From: Camelus ferus
Lineage: Eukaryota
NCBI RefSeq assembly: GCF_009834535.1
Contig: NC_045697.1
Coordinates: forward strand, 71,488,001 to 71,552,000
Reading direction: 5' to 3'
DNA length: 64,000 bases
Part shown: positions 1-12,900 of the stretch, piece after piece
Layout of the letters: the number at the start of each line of letters is the position of its first letter
Position numbering within the stretch: the stretch's first letter is position 1
Position numbers and translations under genes: made by a program
Notes under the pieces: generated by a model
The model's input: the letters and a program-made list of their open reading frames with translations, nothing else
Databases searched by the model: none
Told to the model about the DNA's origin: nothing

Positions 1-2330
1 CTTTTAATTTTGTCACTATTTTGCAGGTATTTTTAAAAAAACTGCATTCTCTACATGTTTGTATCTCCTAAATGCAATTGAGTTGTGTATAATGGATTTT
101 TTTATTCAACAACCAGGTTAAAATCATGATTAATTTTAATAATTTATCTGTATAATGTTCTTAGTTTTCTAGGTCAAAATCATATCATCTGGGATAATGA
201 TTGGATTTTTTTTTTACTCCTTTCCAGTGTTCATAATGTTTATTTCTTTTTATTTTATCTCCTTTATTGCTCTCAAAGGGCCCTCTTGCACAACATTAAA
301 CAGCGGTAAGATAGTGGATTTCTTTCTTATTGATGTTTGCTTTAGGTTTTTTGTTTTTGTATTTGTGTCAGATTAAAGAAGTCCCCTTCTGTTCAAGGCT
401 CCCTACATGGTTGATGAATTTTGTTAAATGCTTTTCTTGCATCTATTGAGATGATAATATAGTTTATCTCCTTTGATTTGTTAATGTGGTAAAATATATT
501 AATAGACTTTTTTCCCTAAGGTTAAGCTAACCTTTCATTCCTGGAAACAACTTAATTTGGTCATGACATAGTGTATATTATATATATAGATATATGACTG
601 AGTTTGTTTCGTTTTATCTTGTTTGCATTATTGGTTTATATTTTTTTCTTCCTTATACCATCCTCTAGCTTTTTAATCATGGTTATATTAGCCTAACCAA
701 ATAAATGGGGTATTTTCCCTCTTTTGGATCCCAAGAATAATTTGTGTAAAATCAGAATTATTTCTTTCTTGAGTATATGGTAAAATACATTTGCAAAATT
801 CATTTTGGACCTGCTGTTTCCTTTGTGGAAATATTTTAAGATACTGATTTAATACCTTTAAATGTTATAGTATTACTCAGATTTCTACTTTGTTTTTAGT
901 TTTTCTGGGCGTCTGTCCATATAATATTAATTTTCAAATCAATTGCCTTAAAGCATTTTAAAAAAATCTACTCATTTGCAATTATATCCTCAATTTACTC
1001 ACCAAATTTTGTTTTTAGCAACTTTAATGTGTCCCTCCGTAATAACTTTTGACATTTGATTTTGTAATTTTTAATTTTATTTTGTCTTTTATATTTGTTT
1101 TCTCTCTCATTAATTTCCCCCAGGATTTGTTTTCATATGTCTTCTATATTTATAGTTGATATGAATGTCTGAAAACCTTAGTTCCTTACCTGAAATATTC
1201 AGGCCATTCACATTTGATTGTGATCTCTTATATGTTTGGACTTATTTCTGTCATCTCATTTGAGATTTTCTATTTTTATTATGTGCTCTATTTTCCCCAC
1301 TTTTTTCTTTCAAAACTTATTTTACATTAACTGATATTTTCCCCCATTATTACATTTTTTTCTTTCTATTTGTTTGGAAGTTACACAGTATCTTAAATAT
1401 TTTTTATAGATTATAGAAATTATGATGCTCAAATTTAACTTTGTGAAATCTGAATTTAATTAGTATGTTTACCCTTTTTCTTTAGAGTGCTTTAACTACA
1501 CACAACTTACCCAGATTTATAACCTTTAGGTTGTAATAATTCAATCTTTGTTTAAATACCACACATTTTACATATCTCTATCTATATATCTGTCTATCTC
1601 TATATACGTACGTATGTGTGTGTGTGTATAGCTTTATACTAGGAACCCTCCATTACATTTAACCACATCCATACTTTTCTTAATTCATCATTACCTCTTG
1701 AATTACAAACCTGTGTTCTGGGATCATGTTCCTTCTTTGTGAAGTATATCTTTTAGAAGTTACTTAAGAAAAGCTTTTGTTGGTCAACACTCAGATTTTG
1801 TATTGTTTATATATGTCTTTTGTTGCATATAGAATGCTAGGTTTAACAGTTATTTTTCTCAGCACTTTAAAGAAATTTTTGCATTGTTTTCTGGTTTTCA
1901 ACAAGTTAAGAAATCAGCTGTCACTTAATTGCGATTTTGTTCTAGGTAATCTTTCTTTTCTCTTTGGTTGCTTATAAAACCTTTTTTTGTCATTTGTGTT
2001 CTGCATTAGTGCTGAATTATGTTTAGGTGAAGGTGTTTTTAAAATTATTTTGATAGGGATATGGTGAGCTTTTTAAATGTAAAAGCTTATTATTCAGTAA
2101 ATTACGGGAAATCATCAGACATAATGTTACCATTTCCCAAGTTTCTGCATTACCACTTTCCAGAACCCTAGACAGATTTATTACATCATTTTCTACACTT
2201 TCCCCACATCACCTAAACTCTCCTTCACATTTACTGTTGCTTTGTCTCTCTGTTTTAAATTATAACTTCTTTCTTCAAATCCAATCTCCTGTTTACTTAC
2301 AGATTTTTAACCTGATATTTAAGATTCTTA
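1..2330 (-). mobile_element. Ancient LINE-1 (L1ME/L1M-type) relic, ORF2 to ORF1 region
   Basis: T-rich plus strand with antisense L1 motifs (aaatgcttttcttgcatctattgagatgat at ~427; aggccattcacatttgattgtgat at ~1201). Heavily decayed. Confidence 0.7.
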
Positions 2331-4965
2331 TTGACTTAAAACACATATTTAAGGAAATGTACCAATTATGCATATTCATTTCAATAAATTGTCCCATCTA
2401 ATAATTTTTTCTTAGATAGACTTTTTTTTTAAGGGCAGTTTTAGGTTCACAGCAAAATTATGTGAAAGGTACAGAGATTTCCCTTATATCTCCTATCCAT
2501 ACACCACATAGCATCCCCACTATTACCATTCCTCACCACATTGGTATATTTATTACAGTTGATAAACCTACTTTGACACATCATAATAACCTGAAGTCCA
2601 TAGTTTATTTTAGGGTTTATTCTTGGTATTTGTATGTTCTATGGGTTTGGATAAATACATAACGATATGTATCCAGCATTACAATATCACATAGAGTAGT
2701 ATCACTGCCTTAAAAATTCTCTGTTGCAACCATTCATCCTATTCTCCTCCCTGACCACTGGCAACCACTGATCTTTTTACTGCCTCCATAATGTTGCTTT
2801 TTCCAGAATGTCATATAGTTGGAATCATACAGTATGTGGACTTTTCAGATTGGCTTTTTTTCACTTATCAGTATGCTTTTCAGGTTCCTCCATGTCTTTT
2901 CATGGATTGATAGCTCATTTCTTCTTGGCACTGAAAAATATTCCATTGTCTGCATATATCACAGTTAATTAATCCATTCACCTACTGAAGGAAGTCTTGG
3001 TTGTGTCCAAGTTTTGGCAGTAAAGAATAGAACTGCTATAAATATTTCTTGTGCAGATTTTTGTGTTGACATAGCTTTCAGCTCATTTGAGTAAATATCA
3101 AGGACCATGATTACTGGATCATATGGTAAGAGCATGTTAAGTTTTGTAAGAAACTACCAAAATGTCTTCCACAGTGTCTTACTATTTTGCATTCCCACCA
3201 GTAATAAATGAGTTTCTGTCACTCCACATGCTCACCAGCATTTAGTGATGTCAGTTTTTTAAATTTTGGCTATTCTAATAGGTATGTAGTAGTATCTCAT
3301 TGTTTTAACTTGCATTTTCCTGATGACACAGGATATGAAGCATCTTTTCATATGCTTATTTTCCGTCTGTATGTCTTCTTTGGTAAAGTGTCGTCCAGGT
3401 TTTTAGTTCATTTTTTAAATTGGTTTATTCATTTTCTTATTGTTGAGTTTGAGGGTTTTTTTATATTTTGAATAATAGTCCTTTATCAAATGTCTTTTGC
3501 AAATATTTTCTCCTAGCCTATGTCTTGTCTTCTCATTCTATTGACCTTGTATTTTGGAAAGCATTTTTAATTTTAATGAAGTCTGGATTATCAATTATTT
3601 CTTTCATGGATTGTGCCTTTGATGTTGTACTTTAAAAAGTCATCACCATAACCAAGGTTACCTAGATTTTCATCTGTGTTACCTTTTAGGAATTTTACAT
3701 TTTGAGTTAATTTTTGTGAAGAGTGTAAGGCCTGTGTTGAGATTTTTTTTTTTAATGTGCGGATGTCTAGTTGTTCCAGCACCATTTATTGAAAAGACAA
3801 TCTTTGCTCTACTGTATTGCCTTTGCTCCTTTGTCAAAGATCAGTTAACTGTAGTTCTGAATTCTCTATTCTTTCTGTTGATCTATTTGTCTATTCTTTT
3901 GCCAGTACCACACTGTCTTGAATGTTGTTGTTTTATAATAAGCCTTAAAGTTGGGTAATATCAGTCCTCTGACTTTGTTCTTCTTCTTTAATATCGTATT
4001 GGCTATTCTGGATCTTGTCCCTCTCCACATAAACTTTGTAATTAGTTTTCTTTAATATCCATAAACCACCTTGATGGGATTTTGATTGGGATTGCATTGA
4101 ATCTATAAATAAGTTGGGAAGAACTGACATCTTGACAATATTGAGTCTTCCTATCCATGGATATGGAATATCTCTCCATTTATTTACTTCTTTGATTTCT
4201 TTCCTCTGAGATTTTAGTTTCCCATGTATAGATCCTACACATATTTTGTTATATTTTTACCTAAGTATTTATTTTGGGCGGTGCTTATATAAATGATTCT
4301 GTTTTTAATTTCAAATTCTATGTTAATTGTGGTAACTAGGAAATCAATTGGCTTTCCTATATTAACTTTGTATCCTGCAACCTTGCTATAATTACTTAGT
4401 TTTAGTAGTTTTTATTTTGGATTTTCTATATAGACGATCATGTCTTCTGTGAAAAAAGACAGTTTTATTACTTCCTTACCAGTCTTCCCTTTGTATAATT
4501 TTTGTTTTCCTTTTTTTTTTTTTTTTTTTTTTTAAGCCTCTTTGCATTAACTGGAACTTCCAGTATGATGTTTAAAAGGAGTGGTGAGAGGGAACATCCT
4601 TTCCTTCTTCCTGATCTTAGTGGGAAAACTTTGAGTTTCTCACCAGTAAGTATTAATGTTAGCTGTTCGCTCTGGGCTTTTTGTAGATGTTGTTTATCAT
4701 TTTGAAGAGGTGCCCCTCTATTCCTAGTTTGCTGAGAGTTTTTATTGTGAATGGATGTTGGATTTTGTCAAGTGCTTTTTCTGCAACTATTGATATAATC
4801 ATGTGATTTTTCTTTTTTAGTTTGTTGATGTTATGGATACGTTAACTGATTTTAGAATGTTGAACCAGCCTTGTATACCTGGGATGAATTTCTCTTGGTC
4901 ATGGTGTGTAATTCTTTTTATAATTGCTAGATTTGATTTGCTAATATTTTTGAGGATTTTTGCAC

Positions 4966-5367
4966 TTATATTCCTGGGAGATATTGGTATACAGTTTTCT
5001 CTTCCTGTTGTATTTTTGTCTGATTTGGGTATAAGAGTAATGCTGATCTCATAGAAAGATTTAGGAAGTATTCCCTCTCTTCTATGGCCCGAAAGAGATT
5101 ATAGAGTACTGGTGTAATTTCTTCCTTAAATGTTCGGTAGAATTCTCCAGTGAACCCAACTAGGCCTGGTGCTATCTTTTTTTGGAGGCTAATAATTCTT
5201 AGTTCAGTTTCTTTAACAGATATGAGCCTATTCAAATGGTCTGTTTCTTCTTGTATGAGTTTTGGCAAATTGTGTCTTTCAAGGAATTGGTCCATTTCAA
5301 CTTGTGTATCAAACTTGTGGAGATAGAGTTGTTCATAATATTTCTCTATTGTCTTTTTAATATTCAC
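4966..5367 (-). pseudogene. LINE-1 ORF2 fragment (region between the endonuclease and RT domains)
   Basis: EKYYEQLY..EMDQFLERHNLPKL..APGLVGFTGEFYRTFKEEITPVL resembles L1 ORF2p YEQLY..EMDKFL..SPGPDGFTAEFYQTFKEEL. Flanked by frameshifts and stops. Confidence 0.9.
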
Positions 5368-5564
5368 AGGATCTGTAGAGGGGATCTCATCCCCTCTTTC
5401 ATTTTTGATAGTAGTATTTTGTGGCTTCTCTTTTTTTCCCCTTAGTTAGCTTGACTGGGGCTGATCAATTTTATTGATCTTTTTCAAATAACCAGGTTTG
5501 GCTTAGTTGATTTTCTCTAATGATTCTTTATTTTCAATTTCATTGATTTCTGCTCTAATTTTTA

Positions 5565-5747
5565 TTATTTCTTTCTTCTGCTTACTTTGGATTTAATTTG
5601 CTCTTCTTTTTTTAGTTTCATAAGGTAAAAATTTAGACTATCGACTTTAGATCTTTCTTCTTTTCTAATATATGCATTCAACACTGTAAATTTCTCTCTA
5701 AGTACTGCTTTCACTGCACCCCATAGATTTTGATGTTTTATTCTCAT
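5565..5747 (-). pseudogene. LINE-1 ORF2 fragment (just downstream of the endonuclease)
   Basis: [28 protein letters not shown] resembles the L1 ORF2p motif QNLWDAAKAVLRGKFIALNAYIKK. Confidence 0.9.
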
Positions 5748-8559
5748 TTTTATTTAGTTCAAAAGATTTTTAAATTTCTCTTGAGATTTTTTTTCTTTGA
5801 CCCATGTGTTATTCAGAAGAGTGCTGCTTAATCTCTACATATTTTGGGATTTTCAAGCAATCTTTCTGTTGCTGATTTCTAATTTAATTCCATTGTCTGA
5901 GAACAGACATGGTTAAATTTCTGTTTTTAAATTTGTTAAGTTGTGTTTTATATTGCAGAATGTGATCTATCTTGGTAAATATTTTATGTGACCTTCAGAA
6001 AATTGTGTATTTTGCTAGTGTTGCTTAAATAATCTATAGATGATAATTGTATACAGTTTATTAATGGTGTTGAGTTCAGTTATGTCCTTACTAATTTTAT
6101 GCTTGCTGGATCTGACCATTTCTGGGAGAGTGGTGTTGAAATCTTCAGTTATGATGGAGGATTAATCTTTTGATTCATGTTAGCATGGTCTATTTTCTTC
6201 CATTCATTTACTTTTAATCTTGTAGATGTCATGTAGTCAGGTCATGTTTTTTGCTCCACTCTGACACTCTTTCTTTTTAACAGGTGCATTTAGACCATTG
6301 ACATCCAAAGTGATTATTGATACAGCTAGATTAGTATCTGTCATATTTGCTACTGTTTTCTATTTGTTGCCCTTGTTCTTTTTTCCTTCTTTTGCCTTTT
6401 GCTCTTTTCTTCTATTTGTAGTTTGAATTGAGCATTTTCCATGTTTCCATTTCTCTCCTTTCTCGAGATGCCAGGTATACTTTTTCTTTTTTCTTTTTAC
6501 CCTTTTTAGTGGTTTCCATAGAGTTTCCAATATACATTTACAGCTAGTGCAAGTCCATATTCACATAACACTGTACTACTCACAGATGGTATTAATACTG
6601 TGTGATAAAATAATCCTAATTCCTCCTGTGTGCTATCATTACTGTTATTCATTTTACTTACATATAAATGCATATAAGCACATGTATACACAAGATACAT
6701 ATATAAGTATACATAATCAAGTGCATTGTTACTATTATTATGTTGAACAAATTGTTATGTGGTTAATCAATGAAGAATCAAGAAAACAAAAGTTTTACTT
6801 CACCTTCACTTATTCCTTCTCCAGTGTTTTTCTCCTCTTTATGTATATCTGAGTTTCTGACCTATATCATTTCCTTTCTCTAAAAAACTTACATTAATGT
6901 TTCTTTTAAGGCAATTCTCCTGAAAACAAATTATCCTAATTTTTATCCTAATTTGTCTGAGAAAGTTTTTTTCTCTCCCTCACTTTTGAAGGATAATTTG
7001 TAGGATACAGAATTCTGGGTTGGTACTTTATTTTGCTTACATTTTAAGTGCTTCATTTGACTCTCTTCTTGCTTACATGGTTTCTGAGGAAAAATTAGAT
7101 GTAATTTTTACCTTTGCTCCTCTATAAGTTTTTTTTCCCTGTGGCTTTTAAAAAATATTTTCTATTTTTCTTTGATTTTCTACAGTTTGAATATGATTTG
7201 CCTAAATATTTGTTTGTTTCTTTTTGAATTTATTCTGCTTGGTATTTTCTGAGCTTCCTGCACATTATTGCTTCAGATATTTCTTTCATTCTTTTCTCTC
7301 ATCTTCCTCTGGTATTTCTTTTACATATATGTTACACATTTATAATTGTCCCACAGTTTTTAGATATTGTATTTTCTTTTTTTCCTAGTTTTTTTTCTTC
7401 TGTTCTCTTCTGTTTTGAAGTTTCTAGTGACATATCATCAAGCTGAGAAATTCTTTCTATACTCTCATTCAGTCTACTAATGAACCCATCAAAGGCATTC
7501 TTCATTTCTGTACAGTGTTTTTATTCTCTAGCTTTTTATAATTCTTTTTTTAGAATTTCCATATCTCTGATTACATTTCTTATCTCTTCTTGCATACTGC
7601 CTACTTTATCTATTAGTCCCCTTAGCATATTAATCATAGCTTTAAAAAAAAATTCTTATCTGATAATTTCAACATCCCTACCATATCTGAGTCTGATTCT
7701 GACACATGTTCTGTCTCTTCAAACTCTGTTTTTTGCCTTTTAATGTGCCTGGTGGTTTTCTGGTTTTGTTTTTGTTTTTTCTGATCACTCCACAGGATGT
7801 ACTGGGTAAAAGGAACTTTGATAAATAGGCCTCTAGCAATGTGGTGGTAAGGCATGGGAGAGAGAGAGAGACATTCCATAGTTCTACGATTAGGTGTCAG
7901 TCTTTCAGTGCGTATGTGCCTCTGAACTATGTACTGCACAGGTGTGTTTCAGTTCTCTGCCTTAGATCGGGCAAGATGACTAGAGTGGGCTGGAGTTTGG
8001 TGTTTCCCTTCCCTGTATCAGTTAGGTCTTCATAAAATTCCAATACTACAGGCTCTGATAAAAATTAATTCTCTTGAGGGCAGTCCTTTTTTAGAAAAAC
8101 AGAATTCTCTTCCTGTATTTCAAAATAGTTCTTTTCTCCCTCCTTCTGCCAGAATCACAAAGGGATTTTTCTCTGATATTCACTAGGAGAATCTGGTAGA
8201 GCACCTAGAGGTAAAACTCACAAAGCATGGGGGCCCCCGTATGTCTGGGTCCCCCTGGAGTTTTTGTCTCTCAGACTTCCTACGCTGAGCCTCTGTCAGT
8301 TCACTGACTGTAATTTGGATTTCCCCAGCTGGTTTGTGAGAGTTTCTCCTTGGGGTTCTATGCTCGGGTAAGTTATAGTTCTTTGTATTTGCTTGTCAGT
8401 TTTCTCTAATTTTAGAAGCAGTGGTTTGCTGACCTCACTTCTATGACAGGTCTGAGAAAAATTACTGATTTTTCAATTTGTTTAGCTTTCTATTTGTTGC
8501 TAGGATGGAGTGATCACTTCCAGGCTTCTTCCATGTTGGTCCAGAAACCAGAAGCCTGC

Positions 8560-9530
8560 AGCTTTCTCCATCCAGTAAATACTACATTTCGTGTTTTTTT
8601 TATTATGGAATTTCTATTTCGTCCTATTCCAAATTTTCCTGCCCAATGCCTATTATATTTTTTTATTGTCTCTATTACTTTGTTAGACATTATAAGTATA
8701 CTTATGTTGTTTTCTACATTTAATAATTCTGAAAATCTGAAATATTTATGGGTCTAATTCAATTTATCTATTCTACTTATCCTGGCTTGTGTATTCTTGA
8801 CATCTTGTGACTTTAAAAAATCTCACTGTGAGCCTATGTTTGTTGAAACTTTATTTGTGAGGTGTTGTGAGGCTTAGGTAGAAGGTATATATTCCTGCAG
8901 AGATGATTTGCTTTAATTCTGCCAGCCATACAGAATCCCTTCTATAATTGGGTCACCTTAATTTCCTTCCTTGGTGTTTTTTTTTTTTTTTTTCATTATA
9001 CAAGTACTGTAATTTCAGACCTGCAATTACTGCATAATGACTGACTTCTACTTAAAATTTTCTGGAAATATTTCAGCCATTCCAACCCTCACCCTCTCCT
9101 CACACACTGAGAGGCAAGATTACACTAGACAAGTTTCATTGCTGAATTCTCTTGCGAGGCAGTTTTCTTCTAGTTCATCCTTTCCCAGATTTAGTTCCCA
9201 TTTCCTAGATTTATGGGTGGGTCTCCAAAACAACTGTCCAGATGCCCTGCCTTTTATTTCCAGTGTGGTTTTTGAAGTTATAACTCCATGTTGCAGGAGG
9301 TTGGTTGATACTAACTGGAAGTTGCTGGCTGGAGCACCTTCCTCCCTCTCTAGAGTCATAGGGCTGCCTCATTTTTAGTCTTTGAGAAGGAATTTCCTCA
9401 TTTTTTTTTCACATATGTAGTTCAGGTTTGTATTAAAAATAGTTTTAACAATATTTTGTACACCAATTTTAGATATTTTGTAGAAAACTTTTTTTAGGTG
9501 TATAGTTACATATTTAACTGGAAAGGAAAG
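8560..9530 (-). mobile_element. Ancient L1 5'-region relic, probably continuing the 1-2330 element
   Basis: Antisense L1-like motifs (ataattctgaaaatctgaaatatttatgggtct; attcctgcagagatgatttgctttaattctgccagcc). Confidence 0.5.
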
Positions 9531-9827
9531 CTCCCTGACAATTTAATTTTGATTATTGAAGAGGGAAAGGAGTGGGTTAACCCTGATTAATTCAGAAACA
9601 ACCAGTACAGTTTTCGTGGAAATATATTTGTGGAAGAGCAGAAACGTTCCCTTCCTTAAAATTCATTGAAAGTTCTGTGATATATATGATCAAGGACTTT
9701 CAAGAAATTTTTTAAAAGAAACTAAATTATTTTTAATGCAGGCAAGTTTCATGATATCCTGTTTTAAAAATCTGCATTTTGCACATTTTAAAGAAATCCA
9801 TTGCTTTGACTACTCAGTATTTGATGG

Positions 9828-10227
9828 TGTGGTAGACATCACCAATGTCAGTTTCTCTTCTGTTACCTTCCCATGGGAGATTTCACTTCCTCACCCTCTT
9901 AAATTTATGCCAGGCAGGGTTACTTGCTTTGCTCAGTGAAATATGAACAGAAGTGGTTATGTGTCACTTCCAGGCAGAAGCATTTCATGGCGAGTGTTCT
10001 GGTCTTCAAGCCTCTCCCCTTTCTTGGTGCTCATAGAAGCATGAGATGATTTGCAGCTATCCTGAGTCTGATGCAGCCCATCTGAACCAACACAGCACAG
10101 CTGCCTTAAGAGTTGCCCAGATCTGCAGATTTGCATGTGAAAAAAATTAAATTTTTGTTGTGTAACAACACTAAGATTTGGAGTTATTTTTAATTGCCCC
10201 ATAACCTAACCTACTCTGGCCAATACA
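9828..10227 (+). mobile_element. MaLR solo LTR (MLT1J/MLT1I-like)
   Basis: TG...CA ends (tgtggtagac...ctggccaataca) and internal gtgtcacttccaggcagaagcattt. 5-bp TSD GATGG/GGTGG. Confidence 0.85.
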
Positions 10228-10568
10228 GGTGGTAACATATGAAATACTTTAAACAAATACGAAGAGAACACTTAACAAATGCAGGCCAAAAGAGGACAAT
10301 TGACATACTGTATTTTATATTAAGAAGTACTATCATGTTTTAAAATACACCAAGATTTCAGATAACATTAACTTTTTTAGAGTGCTTATGAAAGCAAGTT
10401 GAAATCTAGTTCACACCATTTTCTCTAAGGATTTAGTTTAAATTTACTTTTTGTGTATTGTAATATTTTATCCTGAAGTGACATCTTTTAGTGTGTATTA
10501 AATATTTTTGTATGCTAGTATTCTTTGCTAAGCACAATCATTACTTACCGAATTTTATTATTCTGGTC

Positions 10569-11056
10569 TGTTACTCTGTATCTTAGTCTTCCCAGCCCAG
10601 GGTTAGCATTGGAACAAACTTCAGCTGAAATTTTGGAGGAAGTAATTGTAAGGAACAATATGGTTTCACAATAGTTGGTGGAGTGGACCTTAATTTTTGT
10701 TTTGTTTAGTTTTCTTTGTATTTGCTAGTTTGGCTGCTTGGCATTTGAACTCCCTGTCCATCTTCAGAACTTCTCTCCTGTTTATGTCTTGCTGAGGGAG
10801 ATTTATTTGCAGATGTAGCACAGTGCTGGCTGTGGATAGAAGTGACCAGCAGTGGGGCAACAGAGTTCCCACCAGACCGTTCCCATGATAGGAAGTTGGC
10901 TACTGTTCCCCAGTCTTACTCCTTAGACTTCATTCCCCATGTATTTTTCAAGCCTGATTCTCCAGCCATGCAAATGGTTTTGGAAGGCTGTCTTGTCAGT
11001 AAATTCCTCTTCTTAAATTAGTCAGTGCCTGTCTCTTTTAACTAAGAACACTGGTA
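10569..11056 (+). mobile_element. ERVL-class solo LTR (LTR33/LTR16-like)
   Basis: cagagttcccaccagaccgttcccatg, cctgattctccagcc and the 3' end agtaaattcctcttcttaaattagtcag...aactaagaacactg. Confidence 0.65.
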
Positions 11057-11244
11057 AAAAATAGCACTCAAAATTTCTTTCAGTTTCTATGTTGACCGAA
11101 TATTGAAATTTTTTAACCTTGATGCACAGCAAATAAAGCTTCAGCTTTTATATTATGAATCTCATTTCACATATGTTATTTCATTTCCAGATTTAACCAT
11201 TTATTTTGTTATATATTATTATGCTCTATTGGGGCACAGGAATG

Positions 11245-11400
11245 GCATATTATAATGGAATATTATATATGATATATGATGTATAATATAATAGTATGTA
11301 ATGTATAATTATAATATATTACATATGATAATATAATGCGGATGAAGGAGGCACATGTGGTGACTTGGAGAAAAATACCGTATGTGTGTGTGTGTGTGTT
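11245..11400. repeat. Degenerate AT-rich (ATATA-type) low-complexity tract followed by a short (TG)n
   Basis: Seen directly. Confidence 0.8.
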
Positions 11401-11769
11401 TGTGTTCGTGGGGACACATTACATGTAATCCCTTCAATGTTAACATGATACTGTGAGTTTTCTCTTAAATAGATCTGTGTTTATAGTGAGGAAATGATTT
11501 TGGGCATCATATAATCTCTAAGAACACAGCTACCATTAGGAAAGGCCTTAAGACCTCCTTGGGAGCAGAAGCTTTGGATCAGTTTTCATTCTGTTTTTAT
11601 AGAAAAGCTAATAGTAAAAATCAGTGGAGAAAATTACCCTAGAGGGGTAGAGTTGAAACGGTAGAACTATTGCTGCTTCATATTAATCTGAGTTTTGGTT
11701 CCATGCCGTGAAGAGAAGAAAAGAGAGGAGAAGTAGGAAATTTGTAAGACATAGTAAAATCTCATGCTT

Positions 11770-12260
11770 CAATTTAATTCATCAAATATTTATTGTCTAT
11801 CAAGTATTAAGTACTTTTCTAAGTGCTATAGGTTATCAAAAAAGGAGTGATCCCTGCCCTTAAGCAGGATATTATTCAATTTAATACATGCTTAAGCTTG
11901 TGTATTTTAGCTACTAGGTAGTAGAAATACAAAAATGAAAAATAAGAAGTGTCATCTCTCAAGGTGCATATAGACTAGATGAAACATATCCATAAGAAAA
12001 GGTCTAAAATATAAAGTGATCATATTATCATAGACATGTCACAACTAGGGAGACATTTAGTTGTGGGATACCATTACTATGCAAGGATAATAGGGCCAGT
12101 GATAAAAAAACAATAATCTGAGTAAACTTTGACTGTAGATACTGCTTCTTTTTCTCAGGCATACACTTCCTAGCTCATTCATTCATTCAGTCATTCACAT
12201 ATTCATTAAAGAACTATGCATCAAATATCTGCTAAATATATTTTTAATGAGACTAAAATG
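11770..12260 (-). mobile_element. L2 3'-end fragments
   Basis: ttcatcaaatatttattg and cattcattcattcagtcattca (antisense L2 tail), plus tccctgcccttaag. Confidence 0.65.
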
Positions 12261-12639
12261 GTGAATAGGATGGATAGGCAGGAACATATGCGTTCTTTCA
12301 GGTTCTTCAGTGTGCTTGTATTCTGTCCTATCTCAGAGGCTGCTCCTTCTGTATGTACTGTCACTGCACATCACTCTGTTCTTTCCTCCAGGCCTGTAAC
12401 GTTTTCTGTATACTGCTTCTGTTCTTGTGCCTAGTAAACTCCTTTTCATCCATCATATCTTAGCGCTAAGGGAAGCCAGCACTAATGATTCCTTATGCAC
12501 TGTAAATTTCATTCAAGCATTTTATACATTCTTCGATGGTATACAAGTGGACTATTTTCTGTTCCTCTCCATGTTTCCTTTTGCTCATCATGATATCCTC
12601 CCTACCTAGTAAAACAGTCCCTTTCATGTCATAGATGTA

Positions 12640-12900
12640 TCAATCATATTTGCTCAGAGAATGAAAGCAATAGACAATCAAAATACAGTGTGATGCATGG
12701 TACGACTGGATGAACTGCAGAGTGCTGTGGGCTGACGAGGTGGGTGATCTAACCCAGCCTTGGGGGATCAGTGATGTGTAAACAGATCTAAGTGGTAAAT
12801 CAGCTAGGTGAAGCCGTTGGATTGAGGAGAGGGTAAGAAGGGGAGATGAAATTGTGTTCTAGGTAAAGGAAACAACACATAGAGTGGCCAGGAAGCAAGA
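12640..12900 (-). mobile_element. L2 fragment
   Basis: atacagtgtgat...agtgctgtggg...atctaacccagccttggggg...gttctaggtaaaggaaacaaca. Confidence 0.7.

Larger units (their letters stand above)
2412..8555 (-). mobile_element. Near-full-length decayed LINE-1, L1MC1/L1MC2-like (3'UTR, ORF2, ORF1, 5' region)
   Basis: Starts with the antisense 3' end tagatagactttttttttaagggcagttttaggttcacagcaaaatt. Minus-strand ORFs 4966-5367 and 5565-5747 translate to L1 ORF2. The 3'UTR matches the copies at 33121-34520 and 54896-55497. Confidence 0.9.
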
